The position numbers and the translations under genes were made by a program. A stretch of DNA of 39,905 nt from the NCBI RefSeq assembly GCF_001194135.2, contig NC_069001.1, positions 36,866,174-36,906,078 of the forward strand, read 5' to 3'. The notes under the pieces were generated by a model, which searched no databases, was not told where the DNA came from, and worked only from the letters and a program-made list of their open reading frames with translations. Below, piece after piece: positions 35,689-39,905 of the stretch (position 1 is the first letter of the stretch; each line of letters starts with the position of its first letter). Source of the stretch: Octopus bimaculoides. Taxonomy: Eukaryota.

Positions 35689-35759
35689 GTGGTGATGATG
35701 ATAACTCCTCCAAAGGTATATTTGGAGCCAGTAGAGCATCTGAAGCCTTATTAGTATTG
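35689..35759 (+). CDS. UFSP1: UFSP1 coding exon 4
   Basis: Pyrimidine-rich TTCAG acceptor, phase 1 compatible. Encodes (G)GDDDNSSKGIFGASRASEALLVL, matching the GGDxDxxSK motif. GTAAGT donor at 35760. Confidence 0.9.
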
Positions 35760-35774
35760 GTAAGTAACCAGCTA

Positions 35775-36060
35775 AAGTCAGTCCCCACTTTCATTGAATA
35801 GCCCTTTGCAAAATTAATGTGCAAGTGGCTGAGTACTCCACAAACAAATGTACTCTTAATGTAGTTCTCAAGGAGATTCAATATGACAGTGTGTGACAAG
35901 GCTGACCCCTTTGAATTACAGGTACAACTCATTTTTGCTAGCTGAGTGAACTGGAGTAAGGTGTAATAAAGTATCTTGCTCAAGGACACAATGCACTGCC
36001 AGGAATTGAACTCACAACCTTACAATCTCTTGCTAAACACCCTAACCACTAAATTACATG
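35775..36060 (-). mobile_element. SINE family B copy in UFSP1 intron 4
   Basis: Reverse complement of the family B body. Partial minus-strand heads also lie at about 1750-1880 and 12020-12140. Confidence 0.82.
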
Positions 36061-36074
36061 TTTCACATTTGGAA

Positions 36075-36280
36075 CATAAATTAACATAAAATTTTCATGG
36101 AAGGTTCATTTTCAGATCATACTTTACCTTGTTTCAATTAATTTTGAAAATGAAAAATTTAGTCAAATAATTGTCATTATTAATAAATTAACATGAAATT
36201 TCGATGGAAAGTTATAATTTAGATCCGTTTAAAACAGAAAGTTTGTATCAAAGAGCCAGGTTGTTATCAAAAGAATTAAC
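36075..36280 (-). mobile_element. Reverse-oriented partial copy of the TTAA MITE family
   Basis: Reverse complement of the family interior (tttcgatggaaag, aattaattttgaaaatg). Confidence 0.5.
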
Positions 36281-36355
36281 ACCTACACGCCTGTCTACAA
36301 ATGTTTACCTTTGTGTTGGTGGGGGTTTGTGAAGGACATACATTTCCTAAGTTAA

Positions 36356-36572
36356 CCTTTTGGTGTTGAATCTAGCCATATTTGGCCAAAATATTCTACT
36401 TGTTTTATGTTTGAACTGGCCAGATTTAACCTCTCACACCTACCCTACAATGTCATTCTAAAAATAAAGTCACATCATTGAAATATCAAAGCTGCAAATA
36501 ATGCATGTGTAATTCAAAACAATGTAAATAAATACGTATAATGTTTGACAGAGAAATCTGAATGCTAACGGG
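36356..36572. mobile_element. Second TTAA-flanked MITE type
   Basis: TTAA (36352-5) CCTTT...CTGAATGCTAACGGG TTAA (36573-6). The interior is unrelated to the first family. Confidence 0.55.
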
Positions 36573-37055
36573 TTAAGAAGGATCTTGGCCAGGGATAATA
36601 TTAGTTTCACATTTTTGGCACAAGGCCACCAAGTCCGTAGGAGTTGGGGTAAGCCAATTACATCAACCCCAGTCCTCAGGTGGTATTTATTTTATCAATC
36701 CCAAAAGGGTGAAAGGCAAAATTGACCTCAATGGAATTTGAACTCAGAATGTAAAGATGGACGAAATGCCACTATGCATTCTGCCCCCCCCCCCACACAC
36801 ACACACACTAACAATTCTGCCAACTTGCTGCCCTCTGGACCAAAGATAATGCTGAGATTCAGTGAAGCTACTGAATTTGCTACAGATGGGTATCCACAAC
36901 AGCAGTAGATCAGCCAGTGTTGAATGTACAACATTCCTTAAGTTGTGGGTTTTCTCTTCGTAAAAGACATGAATACTTGACTTTGAAGTTTCTTATGTAA
37001 ACATTTCCACTTTCCATCTTTACTTTTTCTAAATATATTATTTTGACATTTACAG

Positions 37056-37199
37056 GATCCTCATTTTTATGGCGAATCTGTGACAGAAGAAAAACTAATA
37101 AAGAATGGGTGGATAAAATGGAAATCTTTAGAATCTTTCAAAGGAAAATCTTTTTATAATTTGTGTCTACCACAATTAAAATCAAATGAACTACAGTAA
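37056..37199 (+). CDS. UFSP1: UFSP1 final coding exon (catalytic Asp-Pro-His)
   Basis: TTTACAG acceptor. Encodes DPHFYGESVTEEKLIKNGWIKWKSLESFKGKSFYNLCLPQLKSNELQ*, with the DPH box and the FYNLC terminal motif of UFSPs. Confidence 0.93.
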   Translation, partial: DPHFYGESVTEEKLIKNGWIKWKSLESFKGKSFYNLCLPQLKSNELQ

Positions 37200-37203
37200 T
37201 AAC

Positions 37204-37209
37204 AATAAA
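37204..37209 (+). promoter_or_regulatory. Candidate polyadenylation signal for UFSP1
   Basis: AATAAA just after the stop codon. A second AATAAA lies at 37422-37427. Usage is unverified. Confidence 0.35.
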
Positions 37210-37749
37210 GACTTTTTGAACTGTTATTTGTTGCCCATAACACCATTTTTTTCTAATCATCTATTACTGTTTTGTGTTTGAGTTTCAGATACAGGTACAA
37301 CATTCACTTTCCAAACACTGATATCCAGAACCTCTTATAATCTGCACTAGTTCATGAGCAGGAACTTCAAATTCTTCTGGTTGCAAGACTAGTCTAATGG
37401 TACTTTGCACAGTACAGTATTAATAAACTTGTATCATTTATACTAATGTACAGGCCCCTGTACTTCATTTAATTAATTAAATTTAATATTTGTTTCATTT
37501 AGAATGTGTTGACCAAGGTGGCCATTCCTGGTTCAGGAAAATCAGTTATCTGCAAAGTTTTTGCAACCAAACGTTTCAGATAATCGATGTTGTACCTGTA
37601 TTTTTAACTGGAACTTTTTGTGAAGTTTCACTTGAAGTAATTGTCAGGTAAAAGTTTCTGTATTATTCTTCGGTTACTGTGTTTGTGGCCTCTGGAGCTC
37701 GTTTTAATTAGTATATCCCTATCTCAAACTCGCCAAAATATGTTTAATT

Positions 37750-37915
37750 TAACCGGTTTTGATACAAACTCAGCTGAGACTGTTCCAGATACTTTGATAT
37801 TAATTAACCCCTTCGTCTAAAATTATCTAAATCAAAATCTTCCATCAAAATGTCATTTTAATTTATGCTCCAAACACCAGCTTAATAAAAGACAAAGTTA
37901 TTTTACTAAATTCTT
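37750..37915 (+). mobile_element. Partial copy of the TTAA MITE family
   Basis: aaatcttccatcaaaatgtcattttaatttatgctccaaacaccagcttaata...ttttactaaattctt matches 1169-1394. Confidence 0.6.
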
Positions 37916-39263
37916 AGGATCATGAGCTGAACACTCTAACCACTGAACCAGGCACCTTCACAGATGTAAAAGGAGGAAGAGGAGGAGAAGGGGTAAAATG
38001 AAGATACATTTCAAGCAAAAATAACCATTACAAACATTGACACAAACAATTTATTCTCATGTAAATAATTAAGGTTTGACAATTAATTTGTCATTTTATG
38101 GGGTTTTTCACATTGTTTTTGGATCTATAAACAATCAAAGATCATTAACTTTTTTGCCAAATTAATAAATTACAAGGATAAATAAGAACAAAGACAGGTT
38201 TTTTTTTAAAAAAAAGGTCCTTTTTTTTTCACTTTTTTTAGAATATCTCACAGAAACAGTGCAAAATCCATTGAAGATTTTAAAAAAACATTTAATTAAT
38301 TCATTTCTAAATTAGATACACAAAGCCACAAATTTTAGCACGGCCGGAGGAAGGAGAGTTAGTAACATGGTTGGTTGATTATATCAACCACTCCTAGTAT
38401 ATCACTGGTGCTTAATTTATCTGATAATCTTCCAGGAAGGATAAAAGGTAACGTCAACCTCGGCAAGTTTTGAACTCAAAATGAATGAATGTCCAATTGT
38501 CAAGGGACATTTTTTTTTCAACTGCTCTACCATTGCAGCCAATGAAAACGTCTATGCAATTTTTTGTTTTGTTTTGGGGGTTTTTTTGTTCTTTTTTTAT
38601 ATAAATAAGAACTCAAGGTATTCAAGAACAAAAAAAATTCAATAAATTTATGTAATTTTTAAATAAAATTCAAGAGAAAGAAAAAGAAAAATGGGGGGAA
38701 AAAAGAATAAAAAATTAACTGTTTTTTGCCATAATTAAAAATTTTTAAATTTGTTTTAAATAATAATAATAATAATAGATATGGTTTAATCATAGGAAGA
38801 ACAACACTCTTTTCCAGGACCTGTAAGACAGGTCAGGGATGTTTTTGGTACCAGTGATTTTGTGGTAGAACAATTTGGTGCTGAGAAAATTTTGATTTTT
38901 ATTCTACATAAAAATTAACTGTGGATTTTTTTGACTAATTGGATATGAATAACTACAGGGATTCAAAAAATATATACAAATTATATTTTTATAAGATAAC
39001 TTGTATTACTAATTATTTTCTTTTATTGTAAATAAAGGTTTCTAATTTAGACATAAGGTGCAGTAATTTTGAAGAGAAGGAGTTTGATCGATTAAAACGA
39101 TCCTAGTACTTAGTTGGTAGACTAGTAGTTTATTTTATCAAGTCTGAAAAGATAAAAGGTAAAGCTGACATCGGTGGGATTTGAACTCATGATGTAAATA
39201 ACTTGACTAAATAGTGCGAGACGTTTAGTCTAAAGCTCTGTCAGTTCTGTCACTTATACAGTG

Positions 39264-39596
39264 TAGCGAAGGGAGATAACTTTGAACTCTGTTTAATTTT
39301 CTATTTTAATGCATTTTAATATTTCTCGTGCATCTATCTTTCTGCTTTCAACACCAAACCGTCCATCACAGAAACAGCTGAACCAAAACGTTTGCACCAG
39401 ATTGTCGCATGGAGATTAGTGGAAGAGGAGGTGAGAAATCGCTAGCGAAAGACTACTGTAGCAGGAAGAAAGCATCACAACCAAATATACAGTTATTCCT
39501 TACACTGGAGACCTAACTAGTGTGAATGCTTGAAAAAAAGAGATGAGAAAAGACTGCTATAGGGCTTTCCTATAAGTAGGTTATCTCCCTTGGCTA
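39264..39596. repeat. 17-bp inverted repeat pair upstream of the SAP ORF
   Basis: TAGCGAAGGGAGATAAC (39264-39280) and GTTATCTCCCTTGGCTA (39580-39596) match 16/17 as reverse complements. Confidence 0.7.
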
Positions 39597-39667
39597 GGCG
39601 GCGCTCCATGTAGATAATTAAACTTCCGGAGGCTACCCACGTCATTGTTATTGTTTTACGTCTTATC

Positions 39668-39905
39668 ATGGATATAAAGCAGCTTGATGATTCAGCTATC
39701 GAAGTACTTACTGTGCCTGAGTTAAAGAAATATTTAAGATTATATGGACAGTATGTTACTGGAAGAAAGGCGGACTTGACTGAAAGGTTGAAAGGAATAA
39801 AAATTCTGTCGATGAAGAATGTTAACAAAGTAAATTCATCGGACGATAAGTCTGAAGTATCGGACGATACTTCAGACAGGAATAAGCAGAAGCTTATATC
39901 TCCTC
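39668..39905 (+). CDS. SAP-domain-containing ORF, 3' incomplete (host gene or transposon-encoded)
   Basis: MDIKQLDDSAIEVLTVPELKKYLRLYGQYVTGRKADLTERLKGIKILSMKNVNKVNSSDDKSEVSDDTSDRNKQKLISP has no stop to the window end. Residues 14-41 fit the SAP consensus LTVxELKxxLxxxGxxxxGxKxDLxERL. Confidence 0.7.
   Translation, partial: MDIKQLDDSAIEVLTVPELKKYLRLYGQYVTGRKADLTERLKGIKILSMKNVNKVNSSDDKSEVSDDTSDRNKQKLISP

Noticed and set aside
39517-39828. Minus-strand 103-aa ORF
   Set aside because: No recognisable motif; it is the antisense shadow of the plus-strand SAP ORF.

Overview
AT-rich, intron-containing animal genomic DNA from a gappy draft assembly. Nine N-runs are present, several flanked by (TA)n. 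The SINE families, dense microsatellites and gene content suggest a coleoid cephalopod, probably Octopus (inference). Two spliced genes lie head-to-head. IST1 (ESCRT-III regulator) is on the minus strand with 3 coding exons (30843-30575, 11628-11157, 10841-10578; 334 aa) and a ~19 kb first coding intron. UFSP1 (UFM1-specific protease) is on the plus strand with 5 coding exons (33572-37199; 208 aa) and an intact Cys/Asp-Pro-His catalytic set. An open SAP-domain ORF missed by the ORF track starts at 39668 and runs off the window end. The rest is repeats: at least three tRNA-derived SINE families (tandem, nested and inverted), Tc1/mariner and hAT transposase fossils, TTAA-flanked piggyBac-type MITEs, a 172-bp loopless palindrome, an interstitial (TTAGGG)n tract and a 24-bp degenerate minisatellite. 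No CRISPR, rRNA or intact tRNA gene was seen. I cannot claim a clearly new biological system. The best leads are the SAP ORF with its upstream inverted repeat, the palindrome downstream of IST1, and the intron-rich AUG-initiated UFSP1.
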